Assembly: GCA_016201765.1 (NCBI GenBank)
Contig: JACQCE010000012.1
Coordinates: 8,136 to 72,135, forward strand
Length of the DNA stretch: 64,000 nt
Direction of reading: 5' to 3'
Origin: Nitrospirota bacterium
Lineage (GTDB): Bacteria; Nitrospirota; Nitrospiria; JACQCE01
Numbering within the stretch: position 1 is the stretch's first letter; each line of letters opens with the position of its first letter. Below the pieces are notes generated by a model. It had not been told where the DNA came from. It did no database searches and was given only the letters and a program-made list of their open reading frames with translations. Positions 1 to 9,279 of the stretch are shown one piece after another. The translations under genes and the position numbers were made by a program.

Positions 1-2
1 GC

Positions 3-1370
3 GATTCGGCCAATAACGGATATCGAATGGTGGGCATTCCGGACGGCCTGGGAGCGTTCAAGACAGGTCAAACCTTCGACCTGCTCATGAATCATGAGCT
101 GTCGGCCGGTGCGGGCATTGCTCGTGATCACGGCTCCACCGGGGCATTTGTCTCGCGATGGAGCATCAACCGCAACACACTCGAGGTCTTGCAGGGACGG
201 GATCACACGCCCTCGCCAACTGATGTCTATCTGTGGAATCCAGTCTCCCAGCAATACACCCAGGGAACCACGGCATGGGACCGGCTCTGCTCGGCGGACC
301 TGCCGCCACAGAGCGCCTTCTACCACGCTGGCGTCGGGACGCCTGATTTGATTTTTCTTGATGGCGAGGAAGTCGACAACGGCCGCGCTTGGGCCCGGGT
401 CGCATCGGGACCACACGCGGGTGAGGCCTGGCAGTTGCCGCGTCTGGGGCGTCTCGCGTATGAAAATGTGGTCGCGAGCCCGCATGGTCAGTCGAAAACC
501 GTGGTCATGCTGATGGACGATGGCAATCTGAATACCGCCCCAATTGCCGCAAACTTCCCAAGCGAGCTCTATGTCTATGTGGGGGACAAGCAAAAGAACG
601 GCCATCCCGTGGAGCAGGCGGGGCTTACGAACGGGCAGTTGTACGGCGTGAAGGTCTACCTGAATGATGGAACCCTCGTGACGGAAGAGAGCAATGACTT
701 CGGTTTCGGGGACGCCGGCGCTGGTTACGTTGGTTCAGGCCGCTTCACCCTCGTTGAAATAGGCGATCACGGGAACGTGTCTAATCTTTCCGCCCTCCAG
801 TTTGAAGAAGCGACGATCGCGGCGGAGGCGTTTCGCATGCGCCGGATCGAAGACGGCGCCTGGGACCCCAGGCCCCGCCATAAAAACGACTTTTACTTCG
901 TGACCACCGGCAGCTTCACCACCAACAGCCGTCTCTGGCGGTTGCGCTATGATGACATCCAGCATCCCGAGCAGGGCGGAAGCATCGAGATTCTATTGCG
1001 AGGGAACGAAGGCCAGAAAATGTTCGACAACATGGCCATCGACCTCTGCGGCCGCGTCCTCTTGCAGGAGGATCCGGGCAATCAAGCGCACATCGCCAAG
1101 GTCTGGCTCTATGCCACCGGCAGCGGCAATTTCATCCAGATCGCCCACCATAACCCCGCCTTCTTCGACCCCGCCCTGGCCTCTCCCAGCTTCCTCACGC
1201 GGGACGAGGAGTCCTCGGGGATCATCGACGCCCAGCCGATCCTGGGTCAGGGCTGGTTTCTGCTCGATGTCCAGGCGCATGTCGCCAACGCCGATCCTGA
1301 ACTCGTTCAGGGCGGACAATTGCTTTCCCTGCGCCTGCCTCCCAGCATCGAGTGCGCACAGGATGACTAA
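3..1370 (+). CDS. PhoX-like (DUF839-type) secreted phosphatase-like protein, 5' end cut by window edge
   Basis: Frame is open back to nt 3 (no upstream stop), so the gene starts outside the window. The listed 447-aa ORF begins MVGIPDGLGAF. It heads a block of Pho-regulon genes. Family assignment is from recollection of sequence style only. Confidence 0.4.
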   Translation, partial: DSANNGYRMVGIPDGLGAFKTGQTFDLLMNHELSAGAGIARDHGSTGAFVSRWSINRNTLEVLQGRDHTPSPTDVYLWNPVSQQYTQGTTAWDRLCSADLPPQSAFYHAGVGTPDLIFLDGEEVDNGRAWARVASGPHAGEAWQLPRLGRLAYENVVASPHGQSKTVVMLMDDGNLNTAPIAANFPSELYVYVGDKQKNGHPVEQAGLTNGQLYGVKVYLNDGTLVTEESNDFGFGDAGAGYVGSGRFTLVEIGDHGNVSNLSALQFEEATIAAEAFRMRRIEDGAWDPRPRHKNDFYFVTTGSFTTNSRLWRLRYDDIQHPEQGGSIEILLRGNEGQKMFDNMAIDLCGRVLLQEDPGNQAHIAKVWLYATGSGNFIQIAHHNPAFFDPALASPSFLTRDEESSGIIDAQPILGQGWFLLDVQAHVANADPELVQGGQLLSLRLPPSIECAQDD

Positions 1371-1391
1371 CGAATAGCTGCGCATGGTCGC

Positions 1392-1426
1392 TCAGGGGCC
1401 TCCAACCAGAGGCCCCTGATTTTTTG
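1392..1426 (+). terminator. Rho-independent terminator after the PhoX-like gene
   Basis: TCAGGGGCCTC / GAGGCCCCTGA 11-bp stem with loop CAACCA, followed by a T6 run. It lies 22 nt after the stop. Confidence 0.75.
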
Positions 1427-1555
1427 GGGGCCATTTCATCCTGTTACGAAGAATTAACCCTGAGCAGAGTGTTCCGGTAACATCGCTTTGGTAGGGTGTC
1501 CGCCATGAGGTCGACGACCGCCACGGCGAACTATTCGCTCGGCCCGGAGCGCCGG

Positions 1556-2266
1556 ATGACGGGTGAGGAGATTCTCATTATCGAGGATGATCCGGACGTC
1601 GCCGGGTTGTTGAAGGCGGAGCTGGTGAAGCACCACTACCGCGCGCGGGTGGCCTCCGACGGCCTGACCGGCATGGCTGAAGCTCAGCGGCAGCCGCCGG
1701 CGTTGATCGTTCTGGACTTGATGCTGCCGGTGCTGAACGGCTGGGAAGTCTGCCGGTCGCTCAAACGCCATCCCAAAACCCGATCGGTGCCGTTGTTGAT
1801 CCTCACCGCCTTGACGACCGAAGAGGAACGGGTGAAGGGGCTGGAATTGGGGGCGGATGATTATCTCACCAAGCCATTCAGTCTGAAAGAGTTGATGGCC
1901 CGGATGCGGGCCTTGCTGCGACGCGACCGCCTGGTGGATCAAGAGAAGGGGTCGCTTACCGTTGCGGGACCGCTGATCATCGACAGCGACCGGCATGAGG
2001 CCAAAATGGCCGGCCGATTGTTGAAGCTGACCCCCATCGAATTTGCCCTGCTCACATGTCTGGCCACACAGCCGGGCAAGGTTTTTACCCGCGATCAGTT
2101 GATCTCGCTGCTCTGGGGGGAAGACCGGTTCGTGGAGGAGCATAACCTTGATGTGCACATTCATGCCGTCCGGCAGCAATTGGAGCCGGATGCCGTGCGC
2201 CCCAGCGTGTTGCTGACCGTCCGCGGCGTGGGCTACAAGCTTCAACCCCAAGGCAAACCACGGTAA
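1556..2266 (+). CDS. OmpR/PhoB-family response regulator (receiver + winged-helix)
   Basis: EILIIEDDPDVAGLL...LIVLDLMLP...ADDYLTKPF receiver motifs and a C-terminal VRGVGYKL winged helix. ATG at 1556 chosen; the 1496 start adds an implausible extension. Pho-regulon context; no kinase gene adjacent. Confidence 0.85.
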   Translation: MTGEEILIIEDDPDVAGLLKAELVKHHYRARVASDGLTGMAEAQRQPPALIVLDLMLPVLNGWEVCRSLKRHPKTRSVPLLILTALTTEEERVKGLELGADDYLTKPFSLKELMARMRALLRRDRLVDQEKGSLTVAGPLIIDSDRHEAKMAGRLLKLTPIEFALLTCLATQPGKVFTRDQLISLLWGEDRFVEEHNLDVHIHAVRQQLEPDAVRPSVLLTVRGVGYKLQPQGKPR

Positions 2267-2317
2267 TTCCTCTCGTCGTATGGCCACGGTTTGGCTGTTT
2301 GTCCGAGTTGACAGAGA

Positions 2318-2347
2318 TGTAACACGCGATTCATGACCGTGTAACAC
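2318..2347 (+). promoter_or_regulatory. Pho-box-like direct repeats (TGTAACAC x2, 22 bp apart)
   Basis: TGTAACAC at 2318-2325 and 2340-2347, two helical turns apart. They lie upstream of the small ORF and porin and share the GTAACA core with the pstS boxes. Confidence 0.45.
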
Positions 2348-2392
2348 CGGTGCGGTACTGTACGCGCATATGGATGCAGAGGAGCAAAGTCG

Positions 2393-2500
2393 ATGGGCCA
2401 TAAGATGGCAAAGCTGAAAGAACTCAAGGAAGACGACAAGAAGATCAAGCCGAGTTTGCTCAAGGCGATTCGTCGGGAAGTCGCCCGGGCGATTGGTTGA
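2393..2500 (+). CDS. Candidate 35-aa lysine-rich small protein (MGHKMAKLKELKEDDKKIKPSLLKAIRREVARAIG)
   Basis: ATG preceded by GAGGAG with 7-nt spacing. It sits between the Pho-box-like repeats and the porin gene. Not in the ORF track (too short). No homology claim. Confidence 0.3.
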   Translation: MGHKMAKLKELKEDDKKIKPSLLKAIRREVARAIG

Positions 2501-2590
2501 CACGGCGTATCCGTCCGGGGAGGGGCGGGGAGACGCCGAAGAGCCGGGCAACCGGAACAACACTCCCATCATAAGAGGAGAGGAGCGAGG

Positions 2591-3826
2591 GTGATGAAGC
2601 AGGTGATCGGACTGGTAGGTGTGTTGGGGATGTTGGCAGGGTTGTCCACACCGGTTGTGGCGGCTGACAAGGTTCCGTTGAAAGAACTGCTGGTTCAGAA
2701 GGGCACCATTACCATGGAGGAGGCGGCCACCGTTCAGGACTCGGTCTGGGCCAAGTGGGTCGATCGGGTGACGTTCTCCGGCGATCTGCGGATCCGGGAT
2801 GAGCAGTTCTGGTACTCGGCCGTGCCCGGCACCAATGACGATCGCAACAATCGGAATCGCGTTCGGTTTCGGTTGCGCTTCGGTTCCCAGATCAAGATCA
2901 AGGATCTTTTGGTGGTGGTCCGTTTAGCCAGCGGCACGGGGGAAGCGGTGTCGACCAACCAAACATTCGACAATCTTTTCACCCAAAAATCGATCTGGAT
3001 CGATCAGGCGTATCTGAGCTGGAATCCGGCGATGGCCCGCTGGGCGACGATTTCAGCCGGGCGGATGCAGAACCCCTTTGTGCGGTTCTACTCCTCCGAT
3101 ATCGTCTGGGATGACGACGTCAATCCGGAGGGTATTGCCGAGCAATTGCAGTTCAAGTCAGGCGGGACGGTGCTCTTTGTCAACCTGGCGCAACTGGTGC
3201 TGGACGAGGACGGTCCGGCCGCCGCTCCATCCACCGACGGCCACGAACAGTGGATGATCGCGCAACAGGTGGGAGTAACGGTGGAACCCAGCAGCACGCT
3301 CAAGGCCACGCTGGCAGGCGCCTTTTATGAAGTGCTCAATGGCACGAAGGGCACCTTCAGTCAGAATCCGGTGCAGGACGGCAATACGAGAGCTGCGGGC
3401 ATCCTGGTGAATCGCTACCACATCCTGGACCTGACGGCGGCGCTGAATGTCAACGCGGGACCGCTGCCGCTGGCCATCATGGCCGACTACGTGAGAAATT
3501 TGGCCGATACGGTGAATGCGGCGGGAACGGCTCCGACCGGCAATGTCGGCTACCAAGTTGGCGCCATCCTGGGCAAGGCCAGCGATCCGAACACGTTCGA
3601 GCTGGCCTACTTCTACAAGGTCGCGGAAACCGACGCCACGCTGGCCGATCTGGCCGACTCCGACTTCGGCGACGGCGGAATCAACCGTCGGGGCCACATC
3701 GTCTGGGTTGCCTACAATCCAGCGAAGTATTTCCAGGCGAAGGCCAAGATGTTTGTCACGACGTCGGACGGCCCGCTCAAGGATGATATCACCCGGTTGC
3801 AAGTCGACTTCTCCACAAAGTTTTAA
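2591..3826 (+). CDS. Outer-membrane beta-barrel porin, probably the phosphate-starvation porin
   Basis: Signal peptide MMKQVIGLVGVLGMLAGLSTPVVAADK and a C-terminal ...VDFSTKF with terminal Phe. Located between the regulator and pstS. Confidence 0.65.
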   Translation: MMKQVIGLVGVLGMLAGLSTPVVAADKVPLKELLVQKGTITMEEAATVQDSVWAKWVDRVTFSGDLRIRDEQFWYSAVPGTNDDRNNRNRVRFRLRFGSQIKIKDLLVVVRLASGTGEAVSTNQTFDNLFTQKSIWIDQAYLSWNPAMARWATISAGRMQNPFVRFYSSDIVWDDDVNPEGIAEQLQFKSGGTVLFVNLAQLVLDEDGPAAAPSTDGHEQWMIAQQVGVTVEPSSTLKATLAGAFYEVLNGTKGTFSQNPVQDGNTRAAGILVNRYHILDLTAALNVNAGPLPLAIMADYVRNLADTVNAAGTAPTGNVGYQVGAILGKASDPNTFELAYFYKVAETDATLADLADSDFGDGGINRRGHIVWVAYNPAKYFQAKAKMFVTTSDGPLKDDITRLQVDFSTKF

Positions 3827-3832
3827 GGTGAC

Positions 3833-3871
3833 GTAACACGAATGTAACATGGCTGTAACATGCACGTAACG
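3833..3871 (+). promoter_or_regulatory. Four 11-bp-phased GTAACA boxes (Pho-box-like) upstream of pstS
   Basis: GTAACA at 3833, 3844 and 3855, and GTAACG at 3866, with exact 11-bp spacing. This mirrors the direct-repeat, one-helical-turn architecture of PhoB boxes. Confidence 0.55.
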
Positions 3872-3901
3872 ATGACATGGCACCGTAGAGGAGGTTTCAA
3901 G

Positions 3902-4945
3902 ATGTGGCGGGAGCGACAACAAATCGTGAATGGACAGATGACGTTCGTGAAGCTCGGCCTGGTCCTGTTCGGACTGGTGGCGTTGGTCGCAGTGATCGGC
4001 GTGAAGGCGTGGGCGGCAACCTTGATCAAGGTGGATGGCTCCAGCACCGTCTATCCGATCACGGAGGCGGTGGCCGAGGAGTTTCAAAAGAAAAACCCGG
4101 GCGTGAGGGTGACGGTGGGCATTTCCGGAACCGGCGGCGGTTTCAAGAAGTTCTGCGCCGGCGAGACGCAGATTTCCGACGCGTCACGGCCGATCAAGCT
4201 CTCCGAGGTTCAGAGCTGCGTGGACAACGAGATCAGCTACATCGAACTGCCCGTGGCGTTTGACGGCATGGCCGTGATGGTCAATCCCAAAAATGATTGG
4301 GCCAAGAGCATGACCGTGGCGGAGTTGAAAAAACTCTGGGAGCCGGCGGCGCAGGGCAAAATCAAACGCTGGAGTCAGATCCGGGCCGGCTGGCCGGACA
4401 AGGAGATTCATCTCTTCGGTCCCGGCGTGGATTCGGGCACGTTCGACTATTTCACCGAGGCGATCGTCGGCAAGGCCCAGTCGAGCCGGGGCGATTACAC
4501 GGCCAGCGAAGACGACAACGTCCTGGTACAGGGGGTCGCGAGCGATGAGTATGCCCTGGGTTACTTTGGGCTCGCGTATTATGAAGAGAATCAGGGGAAG
4601 CTGAAGCTCGTCGCCATTGATGACGAAAACCCCAAAAATGGCGACGGCCCCGTGCTGCCCAGCCTGGAGACGGTGATCGACGGCACCTATCAGCCGCTGG
4701 CCCGGCCGCTTTTCATCTATGTGGCCAAGAAGGCTTCGGATCGGCCGGAGATCCAGACTTTCGTCCGTTCCTACCTGACGGAAGCGAAGGGATTGGTCAA
4801 GGAAGTCGGCTACATTCCGCTGCAGGATAAAGTCTATGAGCTGGGACTGAAGCGGTTTGACAAACGGGTGGCCGGCTCGCTCTTCAGCACCAAACCGGCA
4901 GTTGGCGTGACGCTGGAGAGCCTGCTCGCCTCCGAGTCCAAATAA
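3902..4945 (+). CDS. pstS: Phosphate ABC transporter substrate-binding protein
   Basis: GGAGG lies 8 nt before ATG 3902. Signal peptide present, with DGSSTVYPI and [11 protein letters not shown] motifs, followed by pstCAB. The listed start at 3860 lies inside the Pho boxes. Confidence 0.9.
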   Translation: MWRERQQIVNGQMTFVKLGLVLFGLVALVAVIGVKAWAATLIKVDGSSTVYPITEAVAEEFQKKNPGVRVTVGISGTGGGFKKFCAGETQISDASRPIKLSEVQSCVDNEISYIELPVAFDGMAVMVNPKNDWAKSMTVAELKKLWEPAAQGKIKRWSQIRAGWPDKEIHLFGPGVDSGTFDYFTEAIVGKAQSSRGDYTASEDDNVLVQGVASDEYALGYFGLAYYEENQGKLKLVAIDDENPKNGDGPVLPSLETVIDGTYQPLARPLFIYVAKKASDRPEIQTFVRSYLTEAKGLVKEVGYIPLQDKVYELGLKRFDKRVAGSLFSTKPAVGVTLESLLASESK

Positions 4946-4952
4946 GGGGGGC

Positions 4953-5849
4953 ATGCAACCGATTCAGCAGAGGAGGAGGATCGGGGAAGGCGCCCTTCAC
5001 CTGATCCTCTTCCTCTGTGGCAGCGTGTCGATCCTGACCACGCTGGGGATCGTGGCGGTTCTCATCTTTGAGACGATCGAATTTTTCAGGGAAGTTCCGC
5101 TCGTCTCGTTTCTGTTCGACACACAGTGGACGCCGCTCTTTGCCGACAAGCATTTCGGCATCTGGCCGCTGATTGCCGGCACCGCATTGACGTCCATGAT
5201 TGCCATTGGGGTGGCCGTGCCCATCGGCCTGCTCAGCGCGATTTACCTGAGTGAATACGCGTCGTCCGGCGTGCGGCGGAGCATCAAGCCGACCCTGGAG
5301 GTCCTGGCCGGCGTGCCCACGGTTGTCTACGGCTATTTTGCCCTCCTGTTTGTCACACCGCTGTTGCAGCGGTTCATCCCCGGCATGTCCGGGTTCAACG
5401 CGCTCAGCGCCGGCATCGTGATGGGGATCATGATCATTCCGATGATTTCATCGCTCAGCGAAGACGCGATGTACGCGGTGCCCAACAGCCTGCGGGAGGC
5501 GGCCTACGCGCTGGGGGCGTCCAAACTGCAAGTATCGTTGCGGGTGGTGGTGCCGGCCGCGTTTTCCGGCATCGCCGCCTCGTTTCTGCTGGGGGTCTCC
5601 CGCGCGGTGGGTGAAACGATGATCGTGGCCATTGCCGCCGGGCAGCTGCCCCAACTGACGGCCAACCCGCTGGTGCCGGTCGAAACGATGACGGCCTACA
5701 TCGTGCAGGTGAGTCTCGGCGATACGCCGACGGGCACACTCGAGTACCGGACGATCTTCGCCGTGGGCATGATGCTCTTTTTGAGCACGCTGGGGTTGAA
5801 TCTCTTCAGTCAATGGCTGCGCGAGCGGTACCGGGAGCAATACCAGTGA
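4953..5849 (+). CDS. pstC: Phosphate ABC transporter permease
   Basis: Multi-TM protein with the [10 protein letters not shown] permease signature; gene order pstS-C-A-B. Confidence 0.9.
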   Translation: MQPIQQRRRIGEGALHLILFLCGSVSILTTLGIVAVLIFETIEFFREVPLVSFLFDTQWTPLFADKHFGIWPLIAGTALTSMIAIGVAVPIGLLSAIYLSEYASSGVRRSIKPTLEVLAGVPTVVYGYFALLFVTPLLQRFIPGMSGFNALSAGIVMGIMIIPMISSLSEDAMYAVPNSLREAAYALGASKLQVSLRVVVPAAFSGIAASFLLGVSRAVGETMIVAIAAGQLPQLTANPLVPVETMTAYIVQVSLGDTPTGTLEYRTIFAVGMMLFLSTLGLNLFSQWLRERYREQYQ

Positions 5850-6727
5850 GTCTCCAGACCGCTGCGTTGGAACGTGTGATTGTCCGCCGGCGCTACGCCG
5901 ACCGGTTGTTCCGGATCTGTGCCGTGCTGATGCTGCTGATCGCCATTGGCACGCTGGCGACGCTGCTGGTCGATGTGTTCATGGCCGGCGCCGGGCGGCT
6001 GAGCTGGCAATTCGTCAGCAGCTTTCCCTCCCGCAAACCTGAACAGGCGGGCGCCCTGTCGGCCATCGTCGGCACGCTCTACATGATGACGCTGACGGCG
6101 CTCTTCGCGTTTCCCATCGGCGTCGCCTCGGCCATCTATCTGGAGGAATATGCGCGGCGGACCTGGTATGCGCGGGTGATCGAGGTCAACATCGCCAACC
6201 TGGCCGGCGTGCCCTCCATCATTTATGGGTTGTTGGGGTTGGAGCTGTTCGTCCGGGCGATGCGATTCGACCGCAGCCTGCTCTCCGGATCGCTGACCAT
6301 GGCGCTGCTGGTGCTGCCGATCATCATTATTTCATCGAGGGAGGCGCTCCGGTCGGTGCCCGGCTCCCTTCGCGAAGGCTCGTATGCCCTCGGCGCCAGC
6401 CGGTGGCAGACGATCTGGCACCAGGTATTGCCGCTGGCCTTCCCGGGCATTCTGACCGGCTCGATTCTGGCCTTCTCCCGTGCGATCGGGGAAGCCTCCC
6501 CGTTGATCACGATCGGCGCGCTGACCTATATCGCGTTTCTTCCGGACAGCCTGCTGTCGCCCTTCACCGCGCTGCCCATTCAGATTTTCAACTGGGTCTC
6601 CCGGCCGCAGGCGGGGTTTCATGTCAACGCCGCGGCCGCCATTCTGGTCCTGCTGGTCATCCTCTTGCTGATGAATGCGGCCGCGGTCTACCTGCGGCAG
6701 CGGTATCAGAAACGGCTCAGTTTTTAA
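5813..6727 (+). CDS. pstA: Phosphate ABC transporter permease
   Basis: Multi-TM protein with the [13 protein letters not shown] signature. Start is ambiguous (ATG 5813, or GTG 5846 overlapping the pstC stop). Confidence 0.88.
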   Translation: MAARAVPGAIPVSLQTAALERVIVRRRYADRLFRICAVLMLLIAIGTLATLLVDVFMAGAGRLSWQFVSSFPSRKPEQAGALSAIVGTLYMMTLTALFAFPIGVASAIYLEEYARRTWYARVIEVNIANLAGVPSIIYGLLGLELFVRAMRFDRSLLSGSLTMALLVLPIIIISSREALRSVPGSLREGSYALGASRWQTIWHQVLPLAFPGILTGSILAFSRAIGEASPLITIGALTYIAFLPDSLLSPFTALPIQIFNWVSRPQAGFHVNAAAAILVLLVILLLMNAAAVYLRQRYQKRLSF

Positions 6728-6735
6728 TCGCGGGG

Positions 6736-7509
6736 ATGATGATGCCCACGGCAGGTGAAACGGCCTTTGACATTCAGAACCTGAACTGCTGGTACGGCGA
6801 CCGGCAGGCGCTCTTTAACATCTCGCTGTCGATTCCCGATCGCCGCATTACGGCGCTCATCGGGCCATCCGGCTGCGGCAAGAGCACCTTCATCCGCTGT
6901 CTGAACCGGATCAACGACCTGATTGCGGGATGCCGCGTCGAAGGGCAGGTGCTCTACAAAAAGGAGAATCTCTATGCGCCGGGCATTGAAGCGATCTCGA
7001 TCCGGTACCGGATCGGCATGGTGTTTCAAAAACCCAATCCCTTTCCGAAATCGATTTATGACAATATCGCCTACGGGCCGCTCATCTGGGGTGTGAAGCG
7101 GGGGCCGCAACTGGACGCCATCGTCGAGGAAAGCCTGAAAAAGGCCGCCATCTGGGATGAGGTGAAGGACAAGCTCCAACAAAATGCCCAGGCGCTCTCC
7201 GGCGGCCAGCAGCAACGGCTCTGCATTGCCAGGGCGCTGGCGGTCGAGCCCGAGGCGCTCCTGCTCGACGAGCCCTGCTCGGCGCTCGACCCGATTGCCA
7301 CGGCGAAAATTGAGGAATTGCTGTTGGCCCTGAAAAAAACTTATACTATCGTGATCGTCACGCACAACATGCAACAGGCGGCGCGGGTGTCCGACGTGAC
7401 CGGATTTTTTCTGCTGGGCGAGCTGGTGGAATTCGGAGAAACCGGCCAGATCTTCACCAATCCGAAGGACCGCCGGACTGAAGACTACATCACGGGCCGG
7501 TTCGGATAA
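6736..7509 (+). CDS. pstB: Phosphate import ATP-binding protein
   Basis: Walker [19 protein letters not shown] and LLLDEP motifs. ATG 6736 lies just after the pstA stop; the listed 6403 start overlaps pstA and is rejected. Confidence 0.92.
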   Translation: MMMPTAGETAFDIQNLNCWYGDRQALFNISLSIPDRRITALIGPSGCGKSTFIRCLNRINDLIAGCRVEGQVLYKKENLYAPGIEAISIRYRIGMVFQKPNPFPKSIYDNIAYGPLIWGVKRGPQLDAIVEESLKKAAIWDEVKDKLQQNAQALSGGQQQRLCIARALAVEPEALLLDEPCSALDPIATAKIEELLLALKKTYTIVIVTHNMQQAARVSDVTGFFLLGELVEFGETGQIFTNPKDRRTEDYITGRFG

Positions 7510-7610
7510 GCTGGGGGCACCTGCCCCTGCCCGTCCGGCAGGCGGGGGCAGGCAGGGGGAGGGACCTTTCATGATGTCCATCCGCACGGGCCCCCGGACA
7601 CAATGGAGGC

Positions 7611-8270
7611 ATGATGGAACGGCATTTTGACGAGGAGCTGAAGGCGCTCAAGGAACAGATCCTCCAGATGGGCGCCCTGGTGGAGGCTCAGATCGCGAAC
7701 GCCATCAAGTCGCTGGTGGAGCGGGATTCGGATCTGGCCCGCCTGACCATCCAGAATGATCACAAGGTGAACGCGATGGATGTCGAGATTGATGACGCCT
7801 CCGTCCGGCTCATCGCGCGGCATCAGCCCATGGCGAAGGATCTGCGCTTTATCACCACCGCGATGAAGATCTCGAGCGAGCTGGAGCGGATGAGCGACCT
7901 GGCCGAGAATATCGCCGAACGGGCGCTGGAGCTGAATGAAGAGCCCCAGCTCAAGCCCTACATCGACATTCCCCGGATGGCGGAGCACGCCCAGCGGATG
8001 GTCAAGGAGGCGCTGGACGCCTTCGTCAACCGCAACGTCGAGCTGGCCTGGAAGGTGATCCACGACGACGACTTCATCGATGGTCTGACCCACCAGATCT
8101 TCCGCGAACTGGTCTCCTTCATGCTGGAGGACCAGCACACCATCACCCGGGCGATCCGGATCACCTTCATCTCCAAATATCTGGAGCGAATCGCCGATCA
8201 CGCCACCAACATTGCCGAACTGGTCGTCTATCTGGTCGAAGGCAAGATCATCCGCCATACCGATACCTGA
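7611..8270 (+). CDS. phoU: Phosphate signalling complex protein PhoU
   Basis: 219 aa with a duplicated PhoU helical repeat (E..ERI.D motifs: SELERMSDLAENI and YLERIADHATNI). Follows pstB. Confidence 0.9.
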   Translation: MMERHFDEELKALKEQILQMGALVEAQIANAIKSLVERDSDLARLTIQNDHKVNAMDVEIDDASVRLIARHQPMAKDLRFITTAMKISSELERMSDLAENIAERALELNEEPQLKPYIDIPRMAEHAQRMVKEALDAFVNRNVELAWKVIHDDDFIDGLTHQIFRELVSFMLEDQHTITRAIRITFISKYLERIADHATNIAELVVYLVEGKIIRHTDT

Positions 8271-8311
8271 CCTCACCCCCCTTACCAAGGGGTACATTTT
8301 TCACAAAACAA

Positions 8312-8341
8312 TTGACAATGTCCCCCCGTTCCGCTTATTCT
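8312..8341 (+). promoter_or_regulatory. Sigma-70-like promoter (TTGACA-17/18-TATTCT)
   Basis: TTGACA at 8312-8317 and TATTCT at 8336-8341. Confidence 0.35.
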
Positions 8342-8375
8342 AGGGGGCATTGTGAGGCCGCAATTTCATTAAGAA

Positions 8376-8409
8376 AGCCGGTACGCCCCCAACGGGTATC
8401 GGCTTTTTG
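8376..8409 (+). terminator. Hairpin plus T5, either the phoU terminator or the 3' end of a short RNA/leader
   Basis: AGCCGGTAC / GTATCGGCT stem (one G-U pair) followed by TTTTT. It lies about 30 nt downstream of the putative promoter and 77 nt upstream of the PilZ start. Confidence 0.45.
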
Positions 8410-8485
8410 TGCGCAAGATCAGCCATTTAGGGGGCAGGGGGGCCGCCGGAGGGCACGGCGGATGGCGGGGAGCGGAGGGAGCGCA

Positions 8486-8890
8486 ATGGCGGACGAGTGG
8501 CGGACCAAGAAACGCTATCCGTTGACGGCCTGGGTGGATCTGGTCGTCCGGGAGACGGGCGCGGCGCGGCGCGGCTACGTCACCAACATCAGCCGCGAAG
8601 GGCTCGGTCTCTACTACCTGGGCACGGTCGGTGTGGGCCAAGAGGTGACGCTCACGATCCATATGCTGGGCCCCAGCGGTTCGGAAATCGTCGAAACCGC
8701 CAAGGGGTATGTCGTGTGGGAGGATCAATGGGGCGGCATCACCATCATGGGCGTCAAATTTGAGCGGCCGCTCGGTAAAAACGCCCCGACCATTCTGGAC
8801 CGGATGACCCGGGCCGACGACCAGGGCCCGCCGTTGCGGTCCTCGCCGTCGTTGGGAACGCCGCCGGCGCCGCACTTCCCCACGGCATAA
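8486..8890 (+). CDS. PilZ-domain protein (c-di-GMP receptor type)
   Basis: RKRYPL...GYVTNISREGLGL matches the RxxxR...D/NxSxxG PilZ pattern. ATG 8486 preferred over 8312. Confidence 0.65.
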   Translation: MADEWRTKKRYPLTAWVDLVVRETGAARRGYVTNISREGLGLYYLGTVGVGQEVTLTIHMLGPSGSEIVETAKGYVVWEDQWGGITIMGVKFERPLGKNAPTILDRMTRADDQGPPLRSSPSLGTPPAPHFPTA

Positions 8891-8973
8891 CCCGAAGCGA
8901 TTCAAGGGGCCCGCGTCGGGCGGTGTTTTTTCCTCTTGCAAACTCCGATGATCGTCGTCCATACTTCCGTCAG

Positions 8974-9279
8974 ATGGCGATGAACAGCAGCGGCGTGCTG
9001 GTCGCGATGGTGGCCATTCTCGGGATCGGTCTGGGCCACGTCTGGGTCAGGACGCTGGAATACCACGCCGGCAAGGGGATCTGGCCGGTCTCATTGGTGA
9101 TCGGTCTGGCGCTCATCGGCGCGTCGTTGACCGTCTCGTCGGATTTTCTCTCGGCGCTGCTGGCGATACCCGGCGCCATCTTCATTTATGCCGTGAAGGA
9201 GTTTTTCGAGCAGGAACGGCGGGTGCTGAAGGGCCATGCGCCGAGAAATCCCAAGCGGCGGTATCCGAAAGCGGATTAG
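8974..9279 (+). CDS. Small membrane protein, unknown function
   Basis: Three hydrophobic segments. The listed GTG 8923 lies in the T-run after the PilZ gene, so ATG 8974 is used. The last codons (AAA GCG GAT TAG) are the first GCGGATTA repeat unit. Confidence 0.45.
   Translation: MAMNSSGVLVAMVAILGIGLGHVWVRTLEYHAGKGIWPVSLVIGLALIGASLTVSSDFLSALLAIPGAIFIYAVKEFFEQERRVLKGHAPRNPKRRYPKAD

Noticed and set aside
6403-6735. N-terminal extensions suggested by the ORF track. They are listed for pstB from 6403, nirBA from 17179, the cytochrome c ORF from 32237, HAD from 34225, DedA from 36221, nth from 30332, the activator from 14762 and purC to 59630.
   Set aside because: The extensions overlap upstream genes or are antisense to them (32237-32827 is antisense to lemA). 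They are low-complexity, and internal ATG/GTG codons with SD-like sequences coincide with where family homology begins.
7510-7610. GC-rich imperfect palindrome (CCTGCCCCTGCC...GGCAGGCGGGGGCAGG) after pstB, considered as a terminator.
   Set aside because: No U-run follows, and phoU lies 100 nt downstream in the same orientation. It is more likely an intra-operon stem, or of no function.
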